Below are positions 56,701 to 64,000 of a stretch of 64,000 nt of DNA, piece by piece. The DNA is from Antedon mediterranea (lineage: Eukaryota; Animalia; Echinodermata). The stretch covers positions 30,290,912 to 30,354,911 of the forward strand of contig NC_092675.1 of assembly GCF_964355755.1 (NCBI RefSeq), read 5' to 3'. Numbering within the stretch: position 1 is the stretch's first letter; every line of letters starts with the position of its first letter. The translations under genes and the position numbers were made by a program. The notes below the pieces were generated by a model that was not told where the DNA came from, did no database searches, and saw only the letters and a list, made by a program, of their open reading frames with translations.

Positions 56701-59700
56701 ACAAATTAGTGTGACAAGGAAAGCTGTACTTAAACCTAGACAATGATCTAAAATTCATTGATATAAAACATTGATAAATTACATTCTCTCACTCCTTTCT
56801 TGCTATACAGATTTAAAATTTATCGATAGGGTTGGCATCTACAGCTCTTTCATTAATTTTTAAATCCCTACTCTCTAATGGTTCCTTCCTGAGAGATCAC
56901 CAAGAAATTTATTGACGGAAACCCTTTCCTTGTATTTTCCACGTTTCACTGTGCATCACTGAATACCGTGCATCTATCTGTACCTCTTTTATATCTCATA
57001 GATTATATTGGTAATTGTGTAATTCCAAAAAATGAATTAAATTCACTCAGAGGCACTAATATGGGGGCTGAAAGGGGCAGATAATCTGATCAAGAGATTA
57101 ACAGACAAACTGAAATCATCAAATAAATGTGAAAATATCAACTTTCTATTTAAACAGAAGCGTGAACATATTATCATTCATTCTCAAACATGATTTGAGT
57201 ACGTCTGAATGAGCTTTAATTGTTGCAAAGATATGTTAATTAGAAATTTTTGTAAAACTTGTAAATGGAAGTTACAATGTAAAAACACTAAGCACATGAT
57301 AAACCAGTACAGAATTACTAGTAGAGGATGAAAAAAAAAACTTCTCTAGTAAGAAATGACCACTCTTGAAATATAATCTACATTTTGAAACCCACCCCTG
57401 ATGTGTACCCCTCTTGGTAATTGATAATAGAGCCCTGGATTGAGCAGAATCAAGGACAAACGGAAAGAGACAATTGAACTGTATCATGCAATGTTACACC
57501 ATATTGTAAATGCTTTTTTTTTGTTAAACTGTACTATTAAATGTATGTACATCATTGTCTTACTTGGTAGCTTGGCAAAACCCGCTTGGAGGATAAGTTA
57601 ACACCCATGAGATAAACTTAAATTCAATTATTATAAGTATAGCAGCAGCAATACTCCCCCAGGAAAGACTGTATTAAGTGTATACATTAGTTTCAACAAC
57701 TGGGGTGATAATGTTATGTTCCTGGAGGCTGCTGCAATATCTACTATCTACTATGTTTCGAGTCAGACTGAAACAACAATTTCATTCAGAATTCCCTTAT
57801 CACGAAAGCAAGACAGACTCTGTGGAGGTCTTGTATATATATACAAGACCTCCAATACAAAGATCACTATACAAATGTTGAGATATATTTTATCATAATT
57901 TAAATGACTGAATTCTGTAGCAATGAATATCCATCTCCAGGGATGTATGACTCACTTCAAATAAAATTATACTAAAGGTATGATCAACAAATGCAGACAA
58001 CCTAGATGTATGGTATACATAATTATATTAAATATAAAAACCTATATTTATATATAGTGCATTGGCTTCTTACTTTATAACTATGAAATTATTTCATCAA
58101 AATATTCCAAACCAAGTTAATTCAAGCATGTTTCCCGATGATTAAAGCAAAATTCAATAAAAGAAAATATGAAAGAAAGAAATGAATTTAAAGTGATGAT
58201 GATATTGAATTCATTGCTACTTATGCGTTATGTTCTTATTGTGTCTTGTATTGTTATATTTTTTATATTGACATATTGAAGAAAACATTAATTGTTTGTG
58301 AATGTGTTTACTTCTAAAACATTTATTATTATTTTTTAATGGTGAAAAAACAAGTTTACAGATTAAATTAGATAATAAATTTCAAATAAAAACAATTTAT
58401 CCTGGGATTTAATGATTTGCATTGAATTTAAATTAACCTTTTATTTCGGAGAGGTCATCACATATCTGTTTTACTTTTAATCTGCAAGTTGATAGACCCA
58501 TATTCACCCTCAGTTGGAAAGCTATATCATGTAGTGCACAACCAACAAATCTGTTGTATAGTGGCAGATTTAGGAATAACGGCGCAGTCCTACCTTCCTC
58601 TGGTGTCACCTTACGTGTCAATTTCAAGTACCGTAATCACATATCAATGTAAGCACTCAAAAAACTATTCCCCTTTGTACCTTATCTTACGATCTTTCTT
58701 GAAAGACCTTAATGTAACCTGTCTCTGCAGTTTCAACCTGATGCATGATTTGACTAGTCTCATTGCTTCTTACAATGTTAAACTTTTATAATATCTACAA
58801 GATATAAAAACTGTCAACCAACGACTCATTGCTCATACAAATGGTATCCGAACTTACAGTACATCTTGTCCGACGCTGAGTTGGGCTTTAGAAGCTCAGT
58901 TGACCTTTGACACTAGGTCCTGTTTTTTAAATGCCTCAACCTGACTTCCCATTAAAGCACTACTTTTCCCAAATACTGATTTGACCTTTGAAATCACCAA
59001 CAAAATCTTAGCTAATTTGACACCGGTGGTGGTCCCAATGTTAAAGCTTCTTGCTTACACTTTTAAATGTTACTGTACATGTCACAATAAATTTGCACTT
59101 ACATATCCTTTAAATAGTGTTGAAATGAAACTAAAAATTAGCTGGCTAGCAATTAAAAAGCAATTTAACGTGTAAAACAAAATGTATCATAGATAAAATT
59201 AATACAAATTGTACAAACTTTATAAAAAGAACACAGTACAGGGAGTTTTATTTATGGACAAAACTATATCAAAATTTGGTGATACACACCAAGACATCGG
59301 TTGATTTGAAAGGAAAATTTGATTCTGTTTTAAATTAACTTACATGTGTGTGTGTTAGTTGTGAACACTGTTATATTATAGGCAGTTGAGTTATACATAC
59401 CTTGCTAACATAGAAGGAGACTTCTTGCTTTTGCACCCACAACTCTTCATATCTGAGATAACAGCTGTAGATGTCATTGTGGACATAAACATCATCTTTG
59501 AATTCTGCGGTATTTGTTGGTTTATAGCGACAGCAAGCGTTGAACCATCGTTGGTGTGTCTTGCTACGAAGGCTCCTCGTTGTGGCATGGTGCTACAAGA
59601 TGAGCTGAGGCTAGACAATGGTGTGTTTAGTGATGTCCATTCAGCTGAATATGATAGAGCACTATAGATAAAACAAGATATTTTTTTAGTTAACACGTTT

Positions 59701-61353
59701 ATCAATTTTGTACGGTAATATTCAATTTAAATAATAACAGTAATGTTAGTGTAGCTAGTGGTTACCATTGTTCTGTCCTTTAATATTTAAATGCATAAAA
59801 TCTCTTAGCTTTGGAAATAGTGTGGAATATTAAGCCTCATAATGATAACATAGATTTTTAGTTCTTGTCAATTCACTGTATACTATATAATTGGTGATTT
59901 TACCAGGCAAAGTGTGTTAAAATTGAACTAATATGTAATATTACTAGGCCTAGGGTATCTTTTAAACTTCAATAAATAATGACTAAACTGCCAGTTTTAT
60001 TATAATATACAAATAATATCATAATAGTTGAACTGAAAGTTAACTGATTCCAAGTTGGTACTACAATGAAGGAAGTTAATGTTTGTCAACACTACACCTT
60101 TTCTTTGTAATCTCCATAAGTAATATAATATCGCGTTATGTAATAATTTAATTAAAACAATAATGTGTAGCGTGCAATAGAAAAGCTGTTTGTACTATGG
60201 TAGACAAAGCGTCGCCACAATACACAAACCAAACATGTGGTAGTGAATATACCATAGTTTACATGATCAGCCTAAACTTTGCCTAAAAGCCTTGTTCAAC
60301 AGACTTCCTAATGAAAGTGCGTAATCAACATACTGGTGATATATCAGTGTATGGTTCCTGCAATATGACAACAGTGATTACATTGCCTTCCTTGTGAGGT
60401 AACAGAGAGGGCTATATCATTCCCATGAAATTATGCCAATTGACAACTGTGCTCTACTTTGTCTCTGATTAAATTTATACTGAAACAACAGTTTATAAAT
60501 CTTACTAAAACACTGTGCATTATCTTTTTAGATAAAAACTAGAAATTTGACATCTGTTTTATATCCATATTTAATCAATTTTGCATTAAATTCTTTATTG
60601 TTAAACAATTTATTGTTCAAAATAAAGAGTCAAAAGGAAATGTTGGAATGTTCTATATTAATTAAGAATCATTTTTAACTATAAAAAAGGAAATTAAGCT
60701 TTGTGCAGAATTACACATGAAACTAGTTTGACAAAAAAAATGTGAAGTGCCCAAAAGTGGTAGTGATATGACATCATCATGCCCACATGGGCCTAATTTT
60801 GTTGTCAAAGAAAAGTCTAATAAAAGATTTTTATGAAATTAAAATAATATGTTTAAAACGAAGAAAAATATTGTTGTTAACTCAAACAAAATGTGGAAGG
60901 TGATGATCAATGGAGCATGACAGCACTGACCTAATAATGACCTTAAACAAATGTGCAGACATTTTATAGGGAAATTAATTAAAATATTAATTTAATAATG
61001 TAATACTTATCAGAATAGTCATGTCTCCGGTATATTCTATAGTCACCACCAGATATACTTTTACTAATCATCAGTGCTTCTATGAATGGATGACTAGCTG
61101 GGATCAGGAATGCTTGTAGACTAAAACCCAGTACCGTTTTGATTTTATGATCTTTCGGGAAATTATCGCGTAATGACTTATGATTTTCATTAATTGTTGG
61201 TAAATGATTTGGAATAATGTGATTTGAATGGTAATACCTGTACCTGGAATTGAACACGTTTGATTGGTTTAGCCATCTGAGAAGAAGGACAGACACTTGG
61301 ATACAACTTGCAGAATTAAAGACAAAACTACACAAGCAGCATTTACCAAGAAC
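7977..61353 (-). CDS. CPLANE1: Ciliogenesis and planar polarity effector 1 (CPLANE1/C5orf42/JBTS17) ortholog, multi-exon, 5'-incomplete (31 exons in window, ~3,475 aa)
   Basis: Spliced translation matches recalled human CPLANE1 motifs in order: LGKCCLCSFVF..LLRW; DGSTLAVAINQ; SYRIGSMEWTPDSLFL..GCSVELGPAYFLPFHP; DPMKQRFSVTTHP..SDGYLVT; FARFMAMYFCNQ; LELLLVCGL..EATWFAKQLGDWK; LVPDDFYLPAPPYFCPQP; CFRDICTIVWMLNIRDKL; GITGVSDII; SPWTLSDSIRNIL; C-terminal IEWDAIDKMIADV. All 30 introns are phase-consistent (29 GT-AG, 1 GC-AG) and the exon total, 10428 nt, is divisible by 3. Confidence 0.93.
8594..8787 (-). CDS. CPLANE1: CPLANE1 penultimate exon (PVPKGTY...SPWTLSDSIRNIL...SMAG), GC donor
   Basis: ctcag acceptor; GGG|gcaagt is the phase-0 donor that joins the last exon in frame. 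Confidence 0.8.
8911..9186 (-). CDS. CPLANE1: CPLANE1 exon (LAETVTLE...HYQAVY)
   Basis: aatag acceptor, G|gtatga donor. Confidence 0.83.
9190..9460 (-). mobile_element. tRNA-derived SINE (CORE/L2-tailed type) with (TTA)n tail
   Basis: Minus strand shows a B-box-like gagttcaagtcc and the body ttgtgtccttagccaagacactt..gcctctctccacccaagtgt, shared with the copy at 27362. Confidence 0.7.
9555..9868 (+). mobile_element. tRNA-headed SINE with Deu/Nin-like central domain and (AAAC)n tail
   Basis: A-box TGGCCGAGCGG, B-box GGTTCGAGGCT, acceptor-like stem GGAGTGA/TCACTCC; core tctcggataaggactataaaccg..taaagaacc..ccccggtgt resembles the recalled DeuSINE domain; aattgt on both flanks. Confidence 0.82.
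9899..10075 (-). CDS. CPLANE1: CPLANE1 exon (SDFVDHPG...KPRPA)
   Basis: gttag acceptor, G|gttagt donor. Confidence 0.83.
10312..10970 (-). CDS. CPLANE1: CPLANE1 exon (TKEEEDYDDRV...QRLY)
   Basis: ORF 10166-10921; ttcag acceptor, G|gtgagg donor. Confidence 0.87.
11250..11302 (-). CDS. CPLANE1: CPLANE1 small exon (STLKELKKTELERENKR)
   Basis: tacag acceptor, AA|gtaagt donor. Confidence 0.8.
11667..11934 (-). CDS. CPLANE1: CPLANE1 exon (KTKFEE...ELKKWTKKKREK...KHT)
   Basis: ttcag acceptor, ACT|gtaaga donor; resembles recalled human EIQAWMKRKRKE. Confidence 0.88.
12325..12492 (-). CDS. CPLANE1: CPLANE1 exon (LTDMS...GITGVSDIIAEVI...VLK)
   Basis: actag acceptor, CA|gtaagt donor; motif match. 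Confidence 0.88.
12694..12914 (-). CDS. CPLANE1: CPLANE1 exon (LMKNVENM...SDAN)
   Basis: ttgcag acceptor, AG|gtttgt donor. Confidence 0.83.
13305..13458 (-). CDS. CPLANE1: CPLANE1 exon (EHFSR...MDEQLKVIDEMSKQMEQEL...TNK), coiled-coil-like
   Basis: ttcag acceptor, AAA|gtaagt donor. Confidence 0.87.
13571..13854 (-). CDS. CPLANE1: CPLANE1 exon (APPPGRNYISVVDLE...RRIK)
   Basis: ttcag acceptor, GT|gtaagc donor. Confidence 0.85.
14183..14322 (-). CDS. CPLANE1: CPLANE1 exon (DAISAYTT...PDTE)
   Basis: ttttag acceptor, GAA|gtaaga donor. Confidence 0.83.
14562..14792 (-). CDS. CPLANE1: CPLANE1 exon (SYDDILKGRQES...GTEI)
   Basis: atcag acceptor, A|gtatgt donor. Confidence 0.83.
14869..14958. mobile_element. 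Degenerate copy of the Harbinger-like MITE (other degenerate copies near 26385-26524, 34620-34704, 35630-35715, 60697-60810)
   Basis: ccaaatatggtactgatatgatgtcatc...tttgatagtgtagacag. Confidence 0.65.
15194..15257 (-). CDS. CPLANE1: CPLANE1 small exon (ESEFQPKDTVKKIKSQMIHEK)
   Basis: aatag acceptor, G|gtagga donor; needed to bridge phase 0 to phase 1. Confidence 0.75.
15445..15739 (-). CDS. CPLANE1: CPLANE1 exon (RRRRRHHRDSS...IPSE)
   Basis: tttag acceptor, GAG|gtaaat donor. Confidence 0.85.
15821..15921. repeat. Perfect palindrome, 49-bp arms with 3-nt loop
   Basis: 15821-15869 is the exact reverse complement of 15873-15921. Confidence 0.95.
16387..17750 (-). CDS. CPLANE1: CPLANE1 large low-complexity exon (AQHKNNMEML...DDSHSR)
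   Basis: ORF 16329-17732; ttcag acceptor, AG|gtactc donor. Confidence 0.87.
18153..18291 (-). CDS. CPLANE1: CPLANE1 exon (LYAIERKHS...VRIELKKLLE)
   Basis: tttag acceptor, GAG|gtaaga donor; phase 2/0. Confidence 0.82.
18741..19288 (-). mobile_element. 5'-truncated CR1/L2-clade LINE 3' end with (GAAAT)n tail
   Basis: Open frame YYSTSEPLFKKLNILKV..FMFQ..HSYY..GPKLWNNL is typical of an RT-ORF2 C-terminus; aataaa plus (gaaat)n tail at 18741-18770. Confidence 0.82.
19296..19495 (-). CDS. CPLANE1: CPLANE1 exon (VKDVETNVNERQDD...EADLS)
   Basis: Open frame between ttttag acceptor and CC|gtaagt donor; phases fit; absent from the ORF track. Confidence 0.8.
20098..21912 (-). CDS. CPLANE1: CPLANE1 large exon (605 codons)
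   Basis: ORF 20062-21873 extended to ttccag acceptor; ACG|gtatat donor. Confidence 0.9.
21956..23414 (+). mobile_element. Non-autonomous Helitron
   Basis: Inserted between A and T; 5' TCTATATATA; 3' hairpin ctagatggtacgc-gagcgaagcga-gcgtaccatctag ending CTAG; internal duplicated segments near 22084 and 22796. Confidence 0.85.
23740..23973 (-). CDS. CPLANE1: CPLANE1 exon (IDQNL...CFRDICTIVWMLNIRDKL...SSL)
   Basis: cttag acceptor, TTG|gtaagt donor; motif match. Confidence 0.9.
24934..24975. mobile_element. 42-bp micro-MITE of the same family, 7-bp TSD ATTGAGC
   Basis: attgagc|cagggaagagttaaa...tttaactcttccctg|attgagc. Confidence 0.75.
26032..26187 (-). CDS. CPLANE1: CPLANE1 exon (VTYCEE...CARWYVQEL...EKL)
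   Basis: ttgcag acceptor, CTG|gtaagt donor. Confidence 0.88.
26941..27167 (-). CDS. CPLANE1: CPLANE1 exon (SLTESDK...FYLPAPPYFCPQPSLGIE)
   Basis: ttcag acceptor, GAG|gtaaaa donor; motif match. Confidence 0.9.
27362..27557 (+). mobile_element. 5'-truncated SINE (same family as 9190-9460) with (ATT)n tail
   Basis: gcctctctccacccaggtgt core; ggcgctata followed by attattatt tail. Confidence 0.7.
27827..28023 (-). CDS. CPLANE1: CPLANE1 exon (NKNMPPLAELHP...SLSI)
   Basis: ttttag acceptor, G|gtattt donor; phase 2/1. Confidence 0.8.
28161..28319. mobile_element. PIF/Harbinger-like MITE (TIR AGCTCTGTCTACACT, TAA TSD)
   Basis: TIRs with flanking TAA; internal gtgatgtgccc(a/t)atatgg repeats. Confidence 0.78.
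28520..28760 (-). mobile_element. Decayed LINE 3' end with (CTTAT)n tail
   Basis: aataaa followed by (cttat)n on the minus strand; degenerate FKASLF-type ORF2 end. Confidence 0.55.
29415..29648 (-). mobile_element. tRNA-derived SINE, third family
   Basis: Minus head gtagcttggtggttaa...; body ccaattacaggatggataaacta..gcttagggagtggagttaaaaga shared with 53925-54152. Confidence 0.72.
29842..30027. mobile_element. Tc1/mariner-pogo-type MITE, TA TSD
   Basis: ta|CAGTCAACTCTCCCAATACCGGAC...GTCCGGTATTGGGAGAGTTGACTG|ta. Confidence 0.88.
30047..30266 (-). CDS. CPLANE1: CPLANE1 exon (RRVIAVYHE...QLGDWK...PKQ)
   Basis: ttgcag acceptor, AG|gtaatt donor; motif match. Confidence 0.9.
30295..32080. mobile_element. 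Foldback-like array of ~170-190-bp AT-rich units in direct then inverted orientation
   Basis: tagtgtaaatttattttggttt near 30368, 30555, 30723; reverse-complement units near 30770-30925, 31190-31312, 31770-32075. Confidence 0.65.
30940..31170. mobile_element. MITE nested in the foldback array (TIR CAATTGTCGTATTC)
   Basis: caattgtcgtattc ... gaatacgacaattg; internal gttgagtac repeats. Confidence 0.65.
32761..33903 (+). CDS. Ig-superfamily type I membrane protein with intronless ORF (signal peptide, V-set plus 2 C2/I-like domains, TM, 5-aa tail; nephrin/kirre/CADM-like architecture), nested antisense in a CPLANE1 intron
   Basis: Intact 380-aa ATG..TAG ORF. Hydrophobic N-terminus; V-set motifs ELNC..IVWY..YRLVIKKVRQFDAGIYIC; VHYKPQF domain junction; EANNSVG; TM ITIAIVIGSIILAVILCVSVVEVF. 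AATAAA near 34158 and 34185. Confidence 0.88.
   Translation: MGSIGKTAYFYIILCLFWSFVAKTQFYPQQKLQLLFGTENVELNCNVEKEGYDIVWYYGDHMQNAETEISLNKNIMEKFSSLYKLEYYDQTCNYRLVIKKVRQFDAGIYICKQIQKTGRTESDASSDLVTIYIEVYELPDDPKILCNIDEPVLVEGKTVTLNYTAHIGDIPNPRVEIWISSVTGDHVMNIYNLHDVTTVTSKVTRNMNKCRFGVGLSHHLLQDKLTCETPPLTVHYKPQFQFMLNGIEYNIGDHLKIQLNVMSNPLLMLNDVSVTCWRNSKSVISTICSEAVLIPMESQGIYIFSYKQELTDYDNGIMIQFEANNSVGKDTHTIELQCLDMPTPNDKNKNNITIAIVIGSIILAVILCVSVVEVFKFLRI
34430..35150 (+). mobile_element. Probable decayed CR1/L2 ORF1 remnant, interrupted by a MITE
   Basis: VVVDELLCFIVHNM resembles the recalled ELLCFIxNK start of invertebrate CR1/L2 ORF1; FRIGK-like remnant near 35030. Confidence 0.4.
36405..36582 (-). CDS. 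CPLANE1: CPLANE1 exon (VDDS...FARFMAMYFCNQ...EDIT)
   Basis: tgtcag acceptor, G|gtacgt donor; motif match. Confidence 0.9.
36688..37486 (-). mobile_element. Helentron-associated non-autonomous element (HINE/DINE-1-like)
   Basis: Minus 5' TTTTTAGTCGCGTG; subterminal inverted CACGCGACT; 3' end ggctgttggccTTGTTT; two (GTCT/GTCG)n blocks. Confidence 0.8.
38127..38271. mobile_element. PIF/Harbinger-like MITE, same family
   Basis: agctccgtctacact...agtgtagacagagct. Confidence 0.8.
38287..38436. mobile_element. Degenerate Tc1/pogo-type MITE
   Basis: ta|ctgtagaacc...ttttctactg|ta; internal acctctattca repeats. Confidence 0.55.
39319..39480. repeat. ~49-bp tandem repeat, ~3.3 copies
   Basis: aaactaggrggtacagtctaagattttgaatcatgatgtttaaaacatt. 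Confidence 0.85.
40265..40578 (-). CDS. CPLANE1: CPLANE1 exon (CESLLFAKASNAIDLW...GGKR)
   Basis: ttgcag acceptor, G|gtaagt donor. Confidence 0.85.
41813..41951. repeat. ~71-bp tandem duplication
   Basis: ccaaccagcatgacctgccatcat..gcagtataca occurs twice. Confidence 0.85.
43000..43158. repeat. 51-bp tandem repeat, 3 copies
   Basis: ggctgtgattgggtaatagttactaacaatattatgaaagcttatttcaag. Confidence 0.9.
43546..43772 (-). CDS. CPLANE1: CPLANE1 exon (LIISWKLL...KIFLR)
   Basis: ttcag acceptor, G|gtacgt donor; phases fit both neighbours. Confidence 0.8.
43986..44282. mobile_element. TGT...ACA non-autonomous DNA element (Ginger/TDD-like) with 18-bp internal repeats, 5-bp TSD ATAGC
   Basis: atagc|tgttacaaccgctaatgt ... 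acattaacagttctaaca|atagc; caaccgctaatgttgata x4 and inverted derivatives. Confidence 0.7.
45316..45485. mobile_element. PIF/Harbinger-like MITE, same family
   Basis: taa|agctttgtctacactatcaaac...gtttgatagtgtagacagagct|taa. Confidence 0.82.
47150..47450 (-). mobile_element. Decayed L2/CR1 ORF2 3' fragment
   Basis: Translation THKYRM..IHVHSTQYTRCYQ..FYTMG..YNSYP resembles a degenerate HxYxTR..SFxxxGxxLWNxLP terminus. Confidence 0.4.
48277..49512 (-). CDS. CPLANE1: CPLANE1 exon (TTNNAD...DPMKQRFSVTTHP...LPAKR)
   Basis: Within ORF 48231-49589; ttttag acceptor, AG|gttagt donor. Confidence 0.9.
50866..51048 (-). CDS. CPLANE1: CPLANE1 exon (SYRIGSMEWTPDSLFLVCF...HPVVTIR)
   Basis: ttgtag acceptor, AG|gtgagg donor; strong motif match. 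Confidence 0.93.
52510..52692. repeat. ~35-39-bp tandem repeat, ~5 copies
   Basis: atgagtatttgcatatccaggtctgtctgca repeated. Confidence 0.85.
53925..54152 (-). mobile_element. tRNA-derived SINE, third family
   Basis: A-box-like cttggtggttaa and B-box-like gttcaatcc on the minus strand; homologous to 29415-29648. Confidence 0.72.
55244..55388. mobile_element. PIF/Harbinger-like MITE, same family
   Basis: taa|agctctgtctacact...gacagagct|taa. Confidence 0.8.
59401..59661 (-). CDS. CPLANE1: CPLANE1 exon (ALSYSAEW...DGSTLAVAINQ...SMLAR)
   Basis: ctatag acceptor, AG|gtatgt donor, phase 2/2; motif match. Confidence 0.9.
61244..61353 (-). CDS. CPLANE1: CPLANE1 exon, first in window (VLGKCCLCSFVFNSASCIQVSVLLLRW...)
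   Basis: tttcag acceptor, AG|gtacag donor; resembles recalled human GDCCLCSFTF..LAIRW. Confidence 0.85.
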
Positions 61354-62850
61354 CTGAAATACAGAAAATAAACAGAGATTAAATTAACTAAATTAAAATA
61401 ACTGTGATTATGTTTTGTAACTAAAAAATACACAAAGTAAAATGACTTTTGTATATCGAAGATTAACCAAATTATGGAACAAACTTTCAAATGACACAAC
61501 AACAAAATCTATGACAAAACTTTTAAAAATTCAATCCAAAATATTAGTGATTAAGTATTAAGTATCTTTTGCCTTGAATTCCTTCCATTTTGTATATATA
61601 CTGTATGTTTTGTAGATGTGTGTATATACATAATATAAATTATTTTAAGTTGTTTTAGAATTATTTTTATTATATATATATTATAATGTTCTCTACTGTT
61701 ATTCAGTATAAAGACAAAATGAATAAATAAATAAAGTGACAAAACAGTTAAAAAATATATCAACCAACTGATAGAGTTGAGTAGTGGAAATATTATAATT
61801 GTCAGATTTTCACTTTCTTTATTTACTGGACAGCAGAGACCATTCGTCTTAATTAAAAGGTGAAAAGAAGAGAAATTTAGTTCCGTTTATACTTCTACTT
61901 AAGAGAGCCACTGTTGACCATTTTTATTACTTCTAAAGAAAGTGTTCATTTTAAATTGGGAATGACATAATGCGGCTTATAGGTGTGTATGCACAAGATT
62001 ACATTTGCTACAGTTAGACAAATATCTCAACTCAGTCAGTTTCAAATGAATGAAATCCCAAGCAAAGGACATTTATGTACTTTCAAATTTATTTTACTGA
62101 GTTGAAATGCTAAAACTCAAGGTTATAGGATAAAATCAATTTTGAATTATAAAGTAAATTGTCAATGTCACTCAAAAATAGATAGTTTTAAAGTTTCAAG
62201 GCAGACTTCTTACCCAGACCGGCTAACTATGTTGAGGGAACATTTTGACATACTTCCTCTTGTGTATTATAGTTGAGTATTTTAATGTGTATACTTGTAA
62301 TTATTATAATAATTATTGTTATTTTGCCATTATTGAAATTAATAATATTCTTGAAATATGAAAGATATGAAACATGTACAGTATTCATTAAGAGTAGGAA
62401 AAGGAACTTGGCCTTGCCAATCCCAATGTTTCTATTGGTTTTGATGAAATAAAATAAATTAAATGTATAGTAAAATCACACTATTCTGAATTTGAATAAC
62501 TCAAATATTAAAAAGTGATACATTATTTATATAAAAAGAGCCTAATCTAATGATTTGTTAAATTTATTATTTTCTAAAAGTGTAAAAGTAAAAGCAGTCT
62601 AATAATATAATTTTTTTTTAAATGAATGAAGTGAATAATATGTATAAGACATTTCAAGACCGTCCTACAAACATATAGGAAGGATATTCAATTATGTTTT
62701 AATCTGCTTCACGGGTAGGATAAAATTAACTTACGTAATATTAGGTTGATAAGTTGTTTAATTTTTGTCTCTGGAAATTACTAATAAATGACAAACCAGC
62801 AAATGAAGAATCTTGAGTATTTTGATTTGTCTTTTTTTAGATTTGTGTTA

Positions 62851-62998
62851 AGCTCTGTCTATACTTACTATCAATCAAACTAGTTTGACAAAAAAGGTGT
62901 GATGTGTCCAAATATGGTAATGATATGACATCACCATGTCCATATATGGGCACATCACATTTTGTTGTCACATACATTTTGGTAGCGTAGACAGAGCT
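62851..62998. mobile_element. PIF/Harbinger-like MITE, same family
   Basis: agctctgtctatact...gtagacagagct. Confidence 0.78.
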
Positions 62999-64000
62999 GA
63001 AAGAATTGTTAAAAATACTGTTTGCTTTTTATTGTTACAGATTATTATTGTATAATAAACAAAATAATACCTAAAGGAATAGATTTAGGGATTTTTTTTT
63101 TATTTTACAAAATTCTAATTGTAATTTAGGATTTTCAGTTTTATTTTAAACTCTTCTTGTTAAGTTGTTAATTTAATTTGTGTATGATGCCATTGAGGTG
63201 AACAAGTGTTGCTGTAATTAAATAAAGTTGTTGTTATTATACTATAGTGAGCCTAGTATGAACATGGAGGAGAAAAAGACCATCAAGGTGTAAACAAGGA
63301 AAGACTATGTATGTATTCAAGATGCCACAGTACTATATAAAGCACAAACATTGATAGACATAATAGAACATTGATTGACATTCAATGAATCTTGTTCAAT
63401 AACTCCAGTCATTGTTATTCATATTTAAAATGTATACCTAAATATAATTAAGTATGGTAGATCTTTTGATCTACTGGAAAGGGCAAATGAGAGAAGCGTG
63501 ACTTTAGGACTAAATAAGGTAATAAAATATCATCAATGATGACAATAAAATCACACAGACTTTAGCAAAAATGATTAAATCAGAGAGAATGTTCAAAATT
63601 GATAAGAGGATGACCTAATAGAGCAGGTGGTTTGAACATGCTAACATTAACATCAAAGACGTTCTCAATTACACGTCATGTTCTGTAATGTTCTCGACAA
63701 CTGACAGTTATGATATAATTTCATAATGTTAGAAAGTGAGGTCAAGTCTGTCATAACTGACCCTTTCATTTCAACATTTGGTAAATTATCATGTGAGAAA
63801 CTTTAACTACATTGAAAACATTCCCATAAAATTTAAATATAAAAAGAATGTTTAAATCTGCAGTGTAGACAAGAATATTATATATATATACCCTCTCCTT
63901 CTACCATTCTTTCTTTGTTGTACCGTACAACAACTATAATACTAATATCCAATCAAAGTAATCGTTGAAATCATAATATTAAGAGTGCCCTCTAGGCTTG

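Noticed and set aside
60979-61243. ORF extension beyond the 61244 donor
   Set aside because: Intronic read-through; similarity to CPLANE1 resumes in the 59401-59661 exon.

Overview
AT-rich animal (metazoan) genomic DNA, not prokaryotic. The Deu-domain SINE, Helentron/Helitron and CR1/L2 content suggest a marine invertebrate deuterostome such as an echinoderm (inference). Most of the window (7977-61353, minus strand) is a CPLANE1/C5orf42/JBTS17 ortholog. I traced 31 coding exons by hand. All junction phases are consistent, giving 10,428 nt (~3,475 aa plus stop); the 5'-most exons lie beyond the right edge. The last intron needs a GC-AG donor. One CPLANE1 intron carries an opposite-strand gene whose ORF is intronless and encodes a 3-Ig-domain type I membrane protein (32761-33903), next to a foldback-like inverted-repeat array. 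Downstream of CPLANE1 is a 3-kb satellite of 195-bp units, each made of two hairpins. Introns hold many non-autonomous elements: Helitron, Helentron/HINE, PIF/Harbinger-, Tc1/pogo- and Ginger-like MITEs, 42-56 bp CAGGG micro-MITEs with 7-bp TSDs, three SINE families and LINE 3' fragments. Homology calls rest on recalled motifs; no database search was run.
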